The translations under genes and the position numbers were made by a program. From IMG/VR virus record IMGVR_UViG_3300044846_003474, positions 32,001 through 96,000 of that record: 64,000 bases of DNA; one strand, 5' to 3'. Each line of letters begins with the position of its first letter. Within the stretch, counting starts at the first letter, position 1. The stretch comes from a virus. Its lineage: Duplodnaviria > Caudoviricetes. This document shows positions 45,572 to 55,501 of this stretch, piece after piece. The notes under the pieces are model-generated. The model was not told the DNA's origin, made no database searches, and worked only from the letters and a program-made list of their open reading frames with translations.

Positions 45572-47482
45572 ATGAAAAATTTATTTAGATTTATTCTAAC
45601 TTTACTTTTATTTATCCCATTTATTGGGTTTTCACAAGTACCTGCAGCACCATCTAATGGTTTATGGGGTATTATCGCATCACAATACCAAGTAGGGACT
45701 ACTGCTCAGGGTACAACTACCGCTAAAATTACGTTACAAAACACTACACTAACAAAATTTGCGGGAGTTCAATTCAGAGTATTCTATGATAAGGTAGCTT
45801 TTACAAATGCAACTGTATCATTGATAGGATCAACAACAAACTTAGACCTTCAATATATAACTAACACAACAAATGGTTATATTACTGTTACTTTAAGTTA
45901 TACAGGACCAAGTGCGACGTACACAATACCAAATGGTGAGAATTTTTTAATCACATTTACTCACGCACCGGCATCCACATTCAATAACTTAGCTTCTATA
46001 AGTAATTTAACTTGGACAGGGGTTCAAACTTTCACACCATATGCCGCAAAACAAGATGGTATGGATACTACTTTAAGTGTTCATAACTACGGTGGTGTAT
46101 TTACACCTGTAAACTTTGCATATCACGGAACATTTACAAACGTAACGGGTACGGGAGCAAAAACCTTAACCTTATCTTTAGAAAAGAAACCATTAGGTGG
46201 TAATACTTGGACACAACACTCTATATACACAACAGATAATGATGGTGATTTTGCCATTTCAGTTCCATTGGATACAACTTTTTGGGATGTTCGTTTATCC
46301 GTTCAAGGTGATACTATGGGTGTAGGTAACGTTATCTCATCAACAGATGCTCAATTAATTAATCAGTGGGTATTGGGTAACGGTACTATGACAGGATTTA
46401 ACTACTACACTGCAGATGTTAATGGATCGTATAGTACTACAATATCTGATGTATGGGGTGTGTTTGGTAGAGTTTCGGGTAGATTTACTCAATGGCCTAA
46501 CAACACTAAAGATGTTAAATTCTTTACATCATCAGAATACACAACAATTAACGGATCACCAACTAACTACACATCAACAATTGGTGGTGTTACTAACTTT
46601 ACATTTGATATATTACCGGGTCAACCTGATTCAGTTGTTTATTATGTAATGGTATCGGGTGATGCAAATGGCACAGGTTATCATATGGCTCGTGTTACTC
46701 CTATTGAAGTAGTTGTTGGACCGGCTCCTGGTTTAGAGAACCAAATCTATAATGTTATTGACACTAAAGTTGAATACGATTTCCCTACACAATCTATTGA
46801 GGTAAACGTACCACACATTTCAGTACAAGCTGGAAATTTGGTTGAACTTCCTGTTAAAGTTAATACTAACGGGGTGGAGTTAAGTTCATTACAGTTTGGT
46901 TTTAAATATGACGACACATTATTAGAATTTAAAGGTATTATTTCTTCGGCAGGTGCTATGAAATGGATTTCATATGTTAATGCTAACGATAGTGAAATTG
47001 ATTGGGGTGGATTTGACCCAACAAATAATACAAATACATTAAAAGATGGTGACCAAGTAGTTACATTACAATTCTTGGCTTTACAACCACAAAATTTATG
47101 GGAGGCAAGTCCATTATATACTACAAGAAAATTTGCAGGTAATACTTTATCAAAAGACTTAACCTTAACTCCCACAAATGGTATTCTTCAAGTGTTAAAA
47201 ATGGAAGGTGGTGAAATTCTAAATGGTAATAACATGGAAGTTTATCCTAACCCATATCAAGATGAGGTAACAATTACATTCAAAGTTGAAGAAACTACAA
47301 ACGCTACGTTATCAATTTATGATATTGTAGGTAGAAAATTAGTTACAATTTTGGATACGCAAATCCCTAATGGGGTTTATAACTACACTAAAGATTTAGG
47401 GCAATTAGTTCCTGGTGTATATGTAGTTAAACTTACTGTAGAAAATGGTGTTTCATCATTTGAAAGAATAGTAAAACAATAA
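45572..47482 (+). CDS. secreted cohesin/dockerin-like protein with T9SS type A C-terminal sorting domain
   Basis: Signal peptide; AGVQFRVFYD and SSLQFGFKYD cohesin-like strands; ADVNGS..TISD dockerin-like; VYPNP..IYDIVGR..GVYVVKL..IVK. Confidence 0.8.
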   Translation: MKNLFRFILTLLLFIPFIGFSQVPAAPSNGLWGIIASQYQVGTTAQGTTTAKITLQNTTLTKFAGVQFRVFYDKVAFTNATVSLIGSTTNLDLQYITNTTNGYITVTLSYTGPSATYTIPNGENFLITFTHAPASTFNNLASISNLTWTGVQTFTPYAAKQDGMDTTLSVHNYGGVFTPVNFAYHGTFTNVTGTGAKTLTLSLEKKPLGGNTWTQHSIYTTDNDGDFAISVPLDTTFWDVRLSVQGDTMGVGNVISSTDAQLINQWVLGNGTMTGFNYYTADVNGSYSTTISDVWGVFGRVSGRFTQWPNNTKDVKFFTSSEYTTINGSPTNYTSTIGGVTNFTFDILPGQPDSVVYYVMVSGDANGTGYHMARVTPIEVVVGPAPGLENQIYNVIDTKVEYDFPTQSIEVNVPHISVQAGNLVELPVKVNTNGVELSSLQFGFKYDDTLLEFKGIISSAGAMKWISYVNANDSEIDWGGFDPTNNTNTLKDGDQVVTLQFLALQPQNLWEASPLYTTRKFAGNTLSKDLTLTPTNGILQVLKMEGGEILNGNNMEVYPNPYQDEVTITFKVEETTNATLSIYDIVGRKLVTILDTQIPNGVYNYTKDLGQLVPGVYVVKLTVENGVSSFERIVKQ

Positions 47483-47507
47483 ACAAATAAATAAAAACAA
47501 AAAAACA

Positions 47508-47843
47508 ATGAGTGAAGAAACACAAGAGGCAAATGACGGAACTTGGTCAGGTCTAAAAAAAACAATCATCGGAACACTTACTACTGTTATTGCAGGTGGT
47601 GGAGTGTGGGTTAGTACGATAATATTTGGTGGTCATGAAGAACCAAAAGAAGAAACTAAAACAGAACAAAATGGAGGTCAAGCACCAATCACTATTAATG
47701 TACAACAAAACCAAGAAAATAAACAAAAAACTGAAAACAATGGTGGTGGTACCGTAATTCGTGAAAGAATTATTGAGAAACCTACATCCAATCCTCAACC
47801 AACTCAACCTCAACCTAAAAAAGAGGAAGAAGAATCTTGGTAA
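47508..47843 (+). CDS. single-TM membrane protein
   Basis: IIGTLTTVIAGGGVWVSTIIFG TM followed by a Q/N/E-rich tail. Confidence 0.65.
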   Translation: MSEETQEANDGTWSGLKKTIIGTLTTVIAGGGVWVSTIIFGGHEEPKEETKTEQNGGQAPITINVQQNQENKQKTENNGGGTVIRERIIEKPTSNPQPTQPQPKKEEEESW

Positions 47844-47878
47844 TAAACAATTAAAATAAACAAATAAAAAAAAACAAA

Positions 47879-48166
47879 ATGTCAGAAAAGAAAACAAAAA
47901 AGAAATCATTCTTAGTAAGAATGTTTATGGATCAAAATGATATAAACGAAAAATCAATAGTAGGTTTTGGTTCATTTTTAATGATGGTGGTGTGTCTTGG
48001 TGTTGATATTTGGACAGGATTTCACGGACAAAAAATGCCAATTAACCAATTCATTTATGATGGGTTTTTATGGATCACTTTAGGTTGTTTTGGTATTGCA
48101 TCTGTTGACAAATACTTTGCCGGTAAAAACAAATCTAAATACGAAGAAGAAGAAGTAGAAGGATAA
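47879..48166 (+). CDS. 2-TM membrane protein
   Basis: Two hydrophobic helices, basic N-terminus, acidic C-terminus. Confidence 0.65.
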   Translation: MSEKKTKKKSFLVRMFMDQNDINEKSIVGFGSFLMMVVCLGVDIWTGFHGQKMPINQFIYDGFLWITLGCFGIASVDKYFAGKNKSKYEEEEVEG

Positions 48167-48906
48167 TGAAAAAAATATTTTACATATTACCATTGTTATT
48201 AATTGGGTGTAAAACTTTACAGGCCCAGCCCCCTCAAAATGGAGGGGGTATTGGTTCTGTTAAGACTGAACAATATCAAGCTGAATTTGAGAAAAAACAA
48301 TCAATTAATGATGTTGCAAATTATACTGATACAATACAAGTTCCTATCCAATTATTAAAGATTGGTATTAACGAAGAATTGTATGAATTATATCCTGAAC
48401 TTAAAGATAAAAGAGTAGGTTTAGGTGTGACAAACATTGTAATTGAGTATTTGGAGTACACAGGTAGATTTGTATTTACCGAAGAAAAGGAAGACATCAA
48501 ACAACGAATGATTGCTCAGGACAAAGCGTCTGATAAAGGAATTTCAGTTAATAAAATTGATGTAAAAGGAAATGTAATCTTGGCTAAGTATTTTGTATAC
48601 ATAGAAGTTTATGACTTTAGTGTATCGGAGGATGAGGTAGTTAAGGTTAATGGTCAACAAACAACAACACAAACAACACGTTTAGGATTACAAATTAAAT
48701 TTGTAGATGCTGAAACAAGTCAAGTGATCGTAGGTTCAGGATTAGGTGAAGCAAGTACAGTAAAAACCTCAAATATTTTGGGGGACATCTCTGATGATGT
48801 TAAATTCAACCAATCAACTATTGGTATAACAACAAAGAAAGCGTTAGAAACCGCATCTTCAAGAGTGGTGAGTCGCCTTATCACGAAAGGAGTATTTAAA
48901 AATTGA
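48166..48906 (+). CDS. CsgG/HfaB-like lipoprotein
   Basis: LLIGC lipobox; L..TGRF...E; V.DF.V; LQIKFVDAETSQV..GSG.G; ALE.A. Confidence 0.7.
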   Translation: MKKIFYILPLLLIGCKTLQAQPPQNGGGIGSVKTEQYQAEFEKKQSINDVANYTDTIQVPIQLLKIGINEELYELYPELKDKRVGLGVTNIVIEYLEYTGRFVFTEEKEDIKQRMIAQDKASDKGISVNKIDVKGNVILAKYFVYIEVYDFSVSEDEVVKVNGQQTTTQTTRLGLQIKFVDAETSQVIVGSGLGEASTVKTSNILGDISDDVKFNQSTIGITTKKALETASSRVVSRLITKGVFKN

Positions 48907-50468
48907 GACTAAATGTTATCATATTTATATTGTTCTGTTTGTTTAATTTTTTTAAGTTAAACGCACAAACATATAATTATAGTTACTCTGATCCCTGTAC
49001 GGGAAATATTAAAACCATAGTGGTACCAATAAATGGTAATGTTACAGTAGGATACTATGGCGAAATTGGGTCATTTAGTCAAAACGATTTTACAAACGGG
49101 ACTTTTGATGCTTGGACTAATAACATATTTTCACAATATGGGACAAATAGTCCTTGTTCTGAAATAGTAGGTTTAGGTACGGCAATAAATGTTACTCAAG
49201 GAACTGCGTTAAATGTTATCGGAATTCTAAACTCATTATCATCAATATCTGATTTAGCTTCAGGATCCACTAATATATTAGGAGGATCTGTTAGTTCTTT
49301 AAGTAATGGGGGATCTGGTAATAACAACAAAAAAGGGAATAATTCTCAAAATGGAAGTGGGAATGTCACAACCAATAATACTCAAAATCAAACGAATGGA
49401 ACAAGTAACTCTACTCAAGGAGGTTCAACCACTTCTGGATCAAATGAAGGAACTACAAACGGAGGAAATGGAACCACTAATCAAAATGTTGGAACTCAAA
49501 ATTCAACACAAGCAGGAGGAACTACAACTGAAGGTGGATCAAATGAAACAGGAACTCAGTCGTCTGAATCGTCTGTAAATGGTGGTACAGGAGAAACTAA
49601 TGGAAACGGGGAAACACCAATAAACAATCAAACAACAACTGAAAATGGAAATAATAGTAGTGGGGGTGGGAATGTCTCTAATAGTGGGGGTGGGAGTGGT
49701 GAATCTACTTCAGGAAATAACCAAACGCAAGAAACTCAAACAACGGAAGAAGGGGGAGGACAAACAAATATAACAGGGGGAGCAACCACAACAATAAAAT
49801 CAACACCATCAAGTAAAGAAGGTGGGAAACCAACAATTGTTGCGAATGGTGATTTTGTTGGTTTTAACTTTAGAAACTCTGATGTTAGAACAGGTTTAAA
49901 GTTAACAGGTGGATATACTGCAATGAGATGGGACGGTAAAAGAAGTTCAGGGTGTTTAGTTGATTATACATCAGCACTTAGAGGACCTAACATAACAGGA
50001 TTTTACGCATTCATTAAACCTAAATCAATTATAATAGGTTCAGGTACATTGACCGTAGGATTTGAGGGTAATAAATCATTATATGGAACAATAGCGGTAG
50101 GTCAAATGTTCACATTTAAAAAACCTAAATCACTTAAACTTATATATATGGGTACAGTATCTTATGGTCAAGTATATAGAGAATCTTTTTTAGGTACTGC
50201 GTTAATTGTGGGAGCAACTTATGATATGAATATAGGAAAACGATTAGATATTAAATTAATGAACTTAATGGTTTATGCGCCTTATGTTAGTTATTATAAT
50301 GATGTTGTATTAAAATCTCCTTATGTAATGTTACCAAGTATTGGTACAAATATTAAAATTACAAAAAAGTTTAAATTTAACATAAACGCAGGTGGCGCTT
50401 GGGATTTAAAAACAAGTGCTTTAAATTATACAGTAACGTGTGGAGCAAGAATGTTAGTAGGACAATAA
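48903..50468 (+). CDS. secreted protein with G/N/S/T linker and C-terminal outer-membrane beta-barrel
   Basis: Signal peptide, ~170 aa low-complexity linker, alternating amphipathic strands. Confidence 0.65.
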   Translation: MRLNVIIFILFCLFNFFKLNAQTYNYSYSDPCTGNIKTIVVPINGNVTVGYYGEIGSFSQNDFTNGTFDAWTNNIFSQYGTNSPCSEIVGLGTAINVTQGTALNVIGILNSLSSISDLASGSTNILGGSVSSLSNGGSGNNNKKGNNSQNGSGNVTTNNTQNQTNGTSNSTQGGSTTSGSNEGTTNGGNGTTNQNVGTQNSTQAGGTTTEGGSNETGTQSSESSVNGGTGETNGNGETPINNQTTTENGNNSSGGGNVSNSGGGSGESTSGNNQTQETQTTEEGGGQTNITGGATTTIKSTPSSKEGGKPTIVANGDFVGFNFRNSDVRTGLKLTGGYTAMRWDGKRSSGCLVDYTSALRGPNITGFYAFIKPKSIIIGSGTLTVGFEGNKSLYGTIAVGQMFTFKKPKSLKLIYMGTVSYGQVYRESFLGTALIVGATYDMNIGKRLDIKLMNLMVYAPYVSYYNDVVLKSPYVMLPSIGTNIKITKKFKFNINAGGAWDLKTSALNYTVTCGARMLVGQ

Positions 50469-51445
50469 TAACTTTAATGTTATTTGTATTTCCGTTTATG
50501 GGGTTTACTCAAAACTTTACATATTCGGGATACATTTATAATGCAGATGGAACAGGCGCAATTAATGTACCTGTTAAATTATATAAAAGAACTACACCCG
50601 TAATGAATGGGTTTACATCACAAAATAATTTTAATGGGCATTCATACTATAGATCAACAGGGTCAATGACTTGGACTGCAGCTAAACAAGCCTGTATTAA
50701 TATGGGGGGACATCTTGTTACCTCAACTACATTGGCTGAAAATAATTTTTTATTCGGATTATGGCCAAGTGGGTGGATTGGATTAACCGATGAAGTTACC
50801 GAAGGTGTTTGGCAATGGGTAACAGGAGAACCATATTCATGGTCTTATTGGAATGGGGGTGAGCCAAACAACGCTGGTAACGAAGACTACGTCCAATTTG
50901 TTGGTGCAGGTAGATGGAATGACTTACCTAATTCATCATTACCATACGTGTTAGAGTTTGAATATGTGGTTACATATACCGAATGGGTTTTATTTCAAAC
51001 CGTATATACTAACTCATCAGGATATTATTCAATATCTCAACCTACAAGCCCTGCGGTTGAGTGGTACTTACAATACGATGCTACAACACCTGTAACCGCA
51101 TTACAAATAACAGATATGGTAGAGGTTTCTAAAATAGTATTAGGTACAACCCCAATTAAAAGTATTCATTACCACAGATATGATGTTAACTACGATGGTA
51201 AGATAAACATTGCGGATCAAAATTTTATTAACTTAAGGAGGTATAACATATTAACAAATTGGATTACAATGACTCCATCTAAATTATATACTTCAGCACA
51301 ATATACGACATTAACGACAAATACATCTGACATGAGATCAACAATTCCTGGTGTATCATCTATAACAATAAACTCACCTGTAAGTGGTGGATCACAAAAC
51401 TATTATTTGATTGCTCCTGGGTATAAAACAACCGTAAATTATTAA
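50399..51445 (+). CDS. secreted C-type lectin plus dockerin-like protein (start uncertain)
   Basis: HSYY..W.AAK.AC..GGHLV, WIGLTD..EG.WQW..GE, W..GEPNN..EDY..WND; YDVNYDGKINIAD. Confidence 0.8.
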   Translation: MGFKNKCFKLYSNVWSKNVSRTIITLMLFVFPFMGFTQNFTYSGYIYNADGTGAINVPVKLYKRTTPVMNGFTSQNNFNGHSYYRSTGSMTWTAAKQACINMGGHLVTSTTLAENNFLFGLWPSGWIGLTDEVTEGVWQWVTGEPYSWSYWNGGEPNNAGNEDYVQFVGAGRWNDLPNSSLPYVLEFEYVVTYTEWVLFQTVYTNSSGYYSISQPTSPAVEWYLQYDATTPVTALQITDMVEVSKIVLGTTPIKSIHYHRYDVNYDGKINIADQNFINLRRYNILTNWITMTPSKLYTSAQYTTLTTNTSDMRSTIPGVSSITINSPVSGGSQNYYLIAPGYKTTVNY

Positions 51446-51446
51446 A

Positions 51447-52040
51447 ATGAAAAAATTATTACTAACACTATTATTAACATTACCATTATTTGTTTTTAGT
51501 CAGAAAACATTAAGAGATTCAATCTACATTAAAACAAATATGTTTGAGATTGTTTACTCCGAAAAATTACAACAACCAAAGTTTATTCGTTATACGGTAC
51601 AATGTCCTAATGGATCCGCACCAAGAAAAGGTATGGATTTCTATACTTGTGATTCAATCCTTACCTCTGATGATAAAGATTATTTTAATAATCCATACGA
51701 TAAAGGTCATATGGCACCTGCTGCCGACTTTAATTGTACAAAAGATTTGTTATTTAAAACGTTCACATATCTAAATTGTTCATTACAACAAGAAAACCTT
51801 AACAGAACTACTTGGAGATTGTTAGAGGTTAGGGAAAGAGAATTGGCAAAAACAAATAAAACCGTAATCGTTGAGATCCGTTGTATATATAGTACTAAAT
51901 CAATTGTATTACCAACAGGTGCAACAGTGCCTGATGGATATATTAAAACAATAAAATATAGTAATAAAATTGAAAAATATTACTTCAAAAATGAAAAACC
52001 TTTATTCACTGACTTTACTAAATACATTATTAAAGGTTAG
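51447..52040 (+). CDS. secreted DNA/RNA non-specific endonuclease (NucA/EndA type)
   Basis: Signal peptide; YDKGHMAPAADF, TF.YLN..LQ..LNR..W..LE. Confidence 0.85.
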   Translation: MKKLLLTLLLTLPLFVFSQKTLRDSIYIKTNMFEIVYSEKLQQPKFIRYTVQCPNGSAPRKGMDFYTCDSILTSDDKDYFNNPYDKGHMAPAADFNCTKDLLFKTFTYLNCSLQQENLNRTTWRLLEVRERELAKTNKTVIVEIRCIYSTKSIVLPTGATVPDGYIKTIKYSNKIEKYYFKNEKPLFTDFTKYIIKG

Positions 52041-52066
52041 TGAGTATTTATATATAAACAAATATC

Positions 52067-52351
52067 ATGGCAGAGAATACAAACCCAATTTCAGGATTCG
52101 CAGATACGTTCTTATCTAAACTTAAAGAACAATCTTTTACCATTATTATTATGGTGGGAATCATTTGGTATCAAGGTAGAATGATGGAAGAAAGAGTTGT
52201 TTATTGGCAAAAGCTATATGAAGAAAGTAAGGATTATATCCAACAAACAACGAAGGATGATAGGGAAGAATTGTTAGAAAGAATAAACTATCTTCAAGAT
52301 CAAAGAGACAAATATGTTGAGGATGCAATAAATGAATTAAAAGATAAATAA
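52067..52351 (+). CDS. single-TM coiled-coil membrane protein
   Basis: FTIIIMVGIIWY TM; TATTTAT upstream. Confidence 0.6.
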   Translation: MAENTNPISGFADTFLSKLKEQSFTIIIMVGIIWYQGRMMEERVVYWQKLYEESKDYIQQTTKDDREELLERINYLQDQRDKYVEDAINELKDK

Positions 52352-52354
52352 ATT

Positions 52355-52504
52355 ATGGAAACAAACACAAATTTTGAAAACAATCAATCAGCAGAGGTAC
52401 ATTCAGATGAAATTAATAGACAGGCAAGAGAGACACAAGACGCATTAGATAGAGCGGCAAGAGACGCAGAAAAATCAAAATGGAATCCTAAAAATTGGTT
52501 TTAA
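52355..52504 (+). CDS. small hypothetical protein (49 aa, not in track)
   Basis: METNTNFENN...KWNPKNWF; fits exactly between neighbours. Confidence 0.5.
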   Translation: METNTNFENNQSAEVHSDEINRQARETQDALDRAARDAEKSKWNPKNWF

Positions 52505-52506
52505 TA

Positions 52507-52962
52507 ATGAAAAAACTAATATTACTTTTTAGTATTATTTTGTTTAGTATGATCACATATTCACAAGAATGTGTTCATGTTGATTCGGTATATTCTACGG
52601 CAAAACTAAAAGAACTTGGAAAAAGAGATATAAGATTTGGTATTAAACAAATTGTTGAGGATGAACTATCTGAGAAATATTGTTTATCGGATCAAGGAAG
52701 TGATATTGGTGTTGAAGTTTATTATTTTGGATTACCTAAAACAACCGTGAGAGTTGTTGGTGTTGAGAAAACAAATACAACAACTCAGATCGGAGTTAAA
52801 CTTCATTACAAAGGTAATTGTTATCAAGGTATCGGTGAATCAGATACTGAGATAAGGGCAATTATGATTGAGGTACAAGAAGGATCAATTCCATTTGAAA
52901 AGATGACTGTTTCATCGGCACTTAAAAAGGCAATTCACGACGCAGTTATTAAATTACCATGA
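52507..52962 (+). CDS. secreted protein, distant CsgG-like paralog
   Basis: Signal peptide; FGIKQIVE..L, TQIGVKL, G.GES, SALKKA parallel to 48166..48906. Confidence 0.55.
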   Translation: MKKLILLFSIILFSMITYSQECVHVDSVYSTAKLKELGKRDIRFGIKQIVEDELSEKYCLSDQGSDIGVEVYYFGLPKTTVRVVGVEKTNTTTQIGVKLHYKGNCYQGIGESDTEIRAIMIEVQEGSIPFEKMTVSSALKKAIHDAVIKLP

Positions 52963-53414
52963 AAATATGTACACTTTTATTGTGTATGTTCACTTTTACC
53001 TCACTATTTGGTCAAATAAAAATAACTGATGTTGGTGATGGATGGAAAGGTAAAGTAGAACAAGCTTTAGATACAATAAAAAAATACGATACCGAAAAGT
53101 ATAATTTAGTTATTGGATCTTGTATGTTAGTTGGTTATTGGAACGAATCATTCTCCACAACTGAAGGGGACACAACTATTCTGATATCAACAAAAGATAT
53201 GGACTTCAATAACATCTATAATATCGCATCAATACTTGTTCATGAATCAATACATCTTTACATCAAACAATTATATATTAAAGTTCCACCAAACAAAGAG
53301 GAAGTCCTTGCGTATCAATACGAGTTGGACTTCCTTAAAAAAATTCCTAATGTGGATCAATGGTTAATTGATAATTCAATTAAAAAAATCATTTATTATT
53401 CAGGTGAAAATTAA
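52959..53414 (+). CDS. secreted HExxH metallopeptidase-like protein
   Basis: Signal peptide; ILVHESIH...EE..AY.YE. Confidence 0.7.
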   Translation: MKICTLLLCMFTFTSLFGQIKITDVGDGWKGKVEQALDTIKKYDTEKYNLVIGSCMLVGYWNESFSTTEGDTTILISTKDMDFNNIYNIASILVHESIHLYIKQLYIKVPPNKEEVLAYQYELDFLKKIPNVDQWLIDNSIKKIIYYSGEN

Positions 53415-53519
53415 TTATCGTATTAAATTTACGTTTTTAAATTTTATTGGTTGTCTTTAACTATATTAAATGAACATCTAATCTATTTCTTTTAACAATC
53501 GTTAGATTATTTTTATCTT

Positions 53520-53798
53520 ATGAAGAAAAATGAATTACTTGAGGACATAATTAACTCATCATTATGTGGTCAACTTGACCTGATGTTTGGTGATGGCAGT
53601 TATGTTAAAGTTACCCATTTAAGTTATGTTCAAGGTCAAAAGAAATATATGGCTCACGTCAATTTATATATTTCAAATATTGAGGACGGTATGACATTTT
53701 ATCCTGACGGTCTTGAGACTATAGTAAGATTGGGATGGAAAGTTATCGGTAGAAAACAACCACTTATGATCTTACCATCCGTAGACATTAAAGATTAA
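53520..53798 (+). CDS. hypothetical protein
   Basis: 92 aa ORF. Confidence 0.55.
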   Translation: MKKNELLEDIINSSLCGQLDLMFGDGSYVKVTHLSYVQGQKKYMAHVNLYISNIEDGMTFYPDGLETIVRLGWKVIGRKQPLMILPSVDIKD

Positions 53799-54385
53799 TC
53801 CCACCACCCTCTCATTCTTTCTTTCAATACTTTATGTAGAAGATCGTGAGCCTTTTCTTCATTATGTTGTGCAACCCAAAAACATAAATCTTTTTTGTTA
53901 AGGTCAGGTTTTTCCTTTAATACTTTACGAACACTTGACGGATATTTTTTTATATATTCATCGTAATTTTCTGAAATAACATCTTGTTCCAATGAGTAAT
54001 GTTCGTTATCTCCTTCAATTGGTTCAAATCTAAATTTTGATTTAGAGTAATCAAGATATTCAATCCCATAATAATCTTCCTTAACTCTCTCAATTAAATT
54101 AAGAACAATTGTCATATCACGATTATCAAGGTCAACTTGTGTATGTCTATTAGAGTAGATTATTTCTTGTCTTTGGAACTGAATTTTTTTTTGTAAGATG
54201 TTATAGATATGCCAGTGATCCCAATCTCTATCTTTAAAAATAGTTGGTGACCATTTAATAACATTTTTACAACCTGTAAGGAACGATCTAATTCTCCAAT
54301 GTAAGATTCTCCATATTCTTGCCGATAATGTTTTTCTACCCCAAGCGGAGTCTTTAGGTATAATTAAGGGTTTAAAATTTCTCAT
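53795..54385 (-). CDS. conserved phage hypothetical protein
   Basis: W...I.KDRDWD...WWD motifs; TATCTTTG just upstream. Confidence 0.7.
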   Translation of the reverse strand: MRNFKPLIIPKDSAWGRKTLSARIWRILHWRIRSFLTGCKNVIKWSPTIFKDRDWDHWHIYNILQKKIQFQRQEIIYSNRHTQVDLDNRDMTIVLNLIERVKEDYYGIEYLDYSKSKFRFEPIEGDNEHYSLEQDVISENYDEYIKKYPSSVRKVLKEKPDLNKKDLCFWVAQHNEEKAHDLLHKVLKERMRGWWD

Positions 54386-54456
54386 ACTACAAAGATATAT
54401 AAAAAATAATAGAATAATAGTTTTTTAATGTCAAATAAAATTGTATATTTGTTATA

Positions 54457-54819
54457 GTGAGTAATCAAACAAAATATACTACGATGTCAAAAATTAGAAA
54501 AGAGGCTGAGTCATATAAAAACTCTTCATATAAAGAATTAAAAAAAGCAATTAGACAATATAAGTTTTTATCTATTGCTAATACAGAAATTTTTAATTTT
54601 TTGTTTTACATAGTAACATTTGGTATACCTTTCTTATGTCTTTTTGGAATCACGGTTAATACCTTATTTTTTATGTTATTAATTCACTTTTCATTTTTTT
54701 GGGTATTTCTTTTTAAATACAAAAATTTTAAATTGGTTAGTGATGAAGATAGATATGAGATTGATGAAATTGTAAAAATTTTAGAAGAATATCTAAAAGA
54801 AAATAAAAAAACCCCTTGA
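54457..54819 (+). CDS. 2-TM membrane protein
   Basis: Hydrophobic core; TATATTTG upstream. Confidence 0.6.
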   Translation: MSNQTKYTTMSKIRKEAESYKNSSYKELKKAIRQYKFLSIANTEIFNFLFYIVTFGIPFLCLFGITVNTLFFMLLIHFSFFWVFLFKYKNFKLVSDEDRYEIDEIVKILEEYLKENKKTP

Positions 54820-54870
54820 GTTAAGGGGTTTTTTCTGTCTATTTATAATCTAATATATTTCCGATATAAA

Positions 54871-55452
54871 TCAATACGAGTTGAATCCATCCCCACGTTT
54901 ACCTTTTGTATATGGAGTATCTAATCTGTTTGCTCTATCTGAATAACCTTTTAACGCCACTACTAATCCTGCCGCAATCATTGCAACAGTTAGTGGACCC
55001 GTATATTCAGCGTATCCAAAAGATTGAAAAAACTCGTGAAGTTTAGTCATAAGTTCACTTTGAGACCATCCTGAAATTTGACTAACAAATCCAACCATTC
55101 CCGTAACTGCCGCTGAAATTCCCCCACCAATCATAGTTTTTTCTTTAAAATTTTTAAATCTACTTTTTAAATCTTCGTTAAGATAGTGTTCATTAATTTC
55201 AGGACCTACTTCTCTTGCCATGTGTCTCAATTCAGATTTGTCTTCTGAACTTATGTTAGGCAATAATTCAGTTTTAAAGAAATCAGCAATAAGGTCAACC
55301 GCCTCAGGTTTAGACAATTCTTCTTGTTCCTCACCATATTCCATATCATCTTCTTCATTATATTCCATGCTCATGTCTTCTTGAGCTTGTTCTACCATTC
55401 TTTTAATTAAGGTAGTTAATTCACTTTCGGTTAATCTTATTTTTCTTTTCAT
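54871..55452 (-). CDS. leader-bearing protein with two C-terminal TM helices
   Basis: MKRKIRLTESELTTLIKRMVEQ. Confidence 0.7.
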   Translation of the reverse strand: MKRKIRLTESELTTLIKRMVEQAQEDMSMEYNEEDDMEYGEEQEELSKPEAVDLIADFFKTELLPNISSEDKSELRHMAREVGPEINEHYLNEDLKSRFKNFKEKTMIGGGISAAVTGMVGFVSQISGWSQSELMTKLHEFFQSFGYAEYTGPLTVAMIAAGLVVALKGYSDRANRLDTPYTKGKRGDGFNSY

Positions 55453-55501
55453 TTTTTTTGTTTTATTATAAATATTATGTTTTTATAAAAAAATTTATTT
55501 T

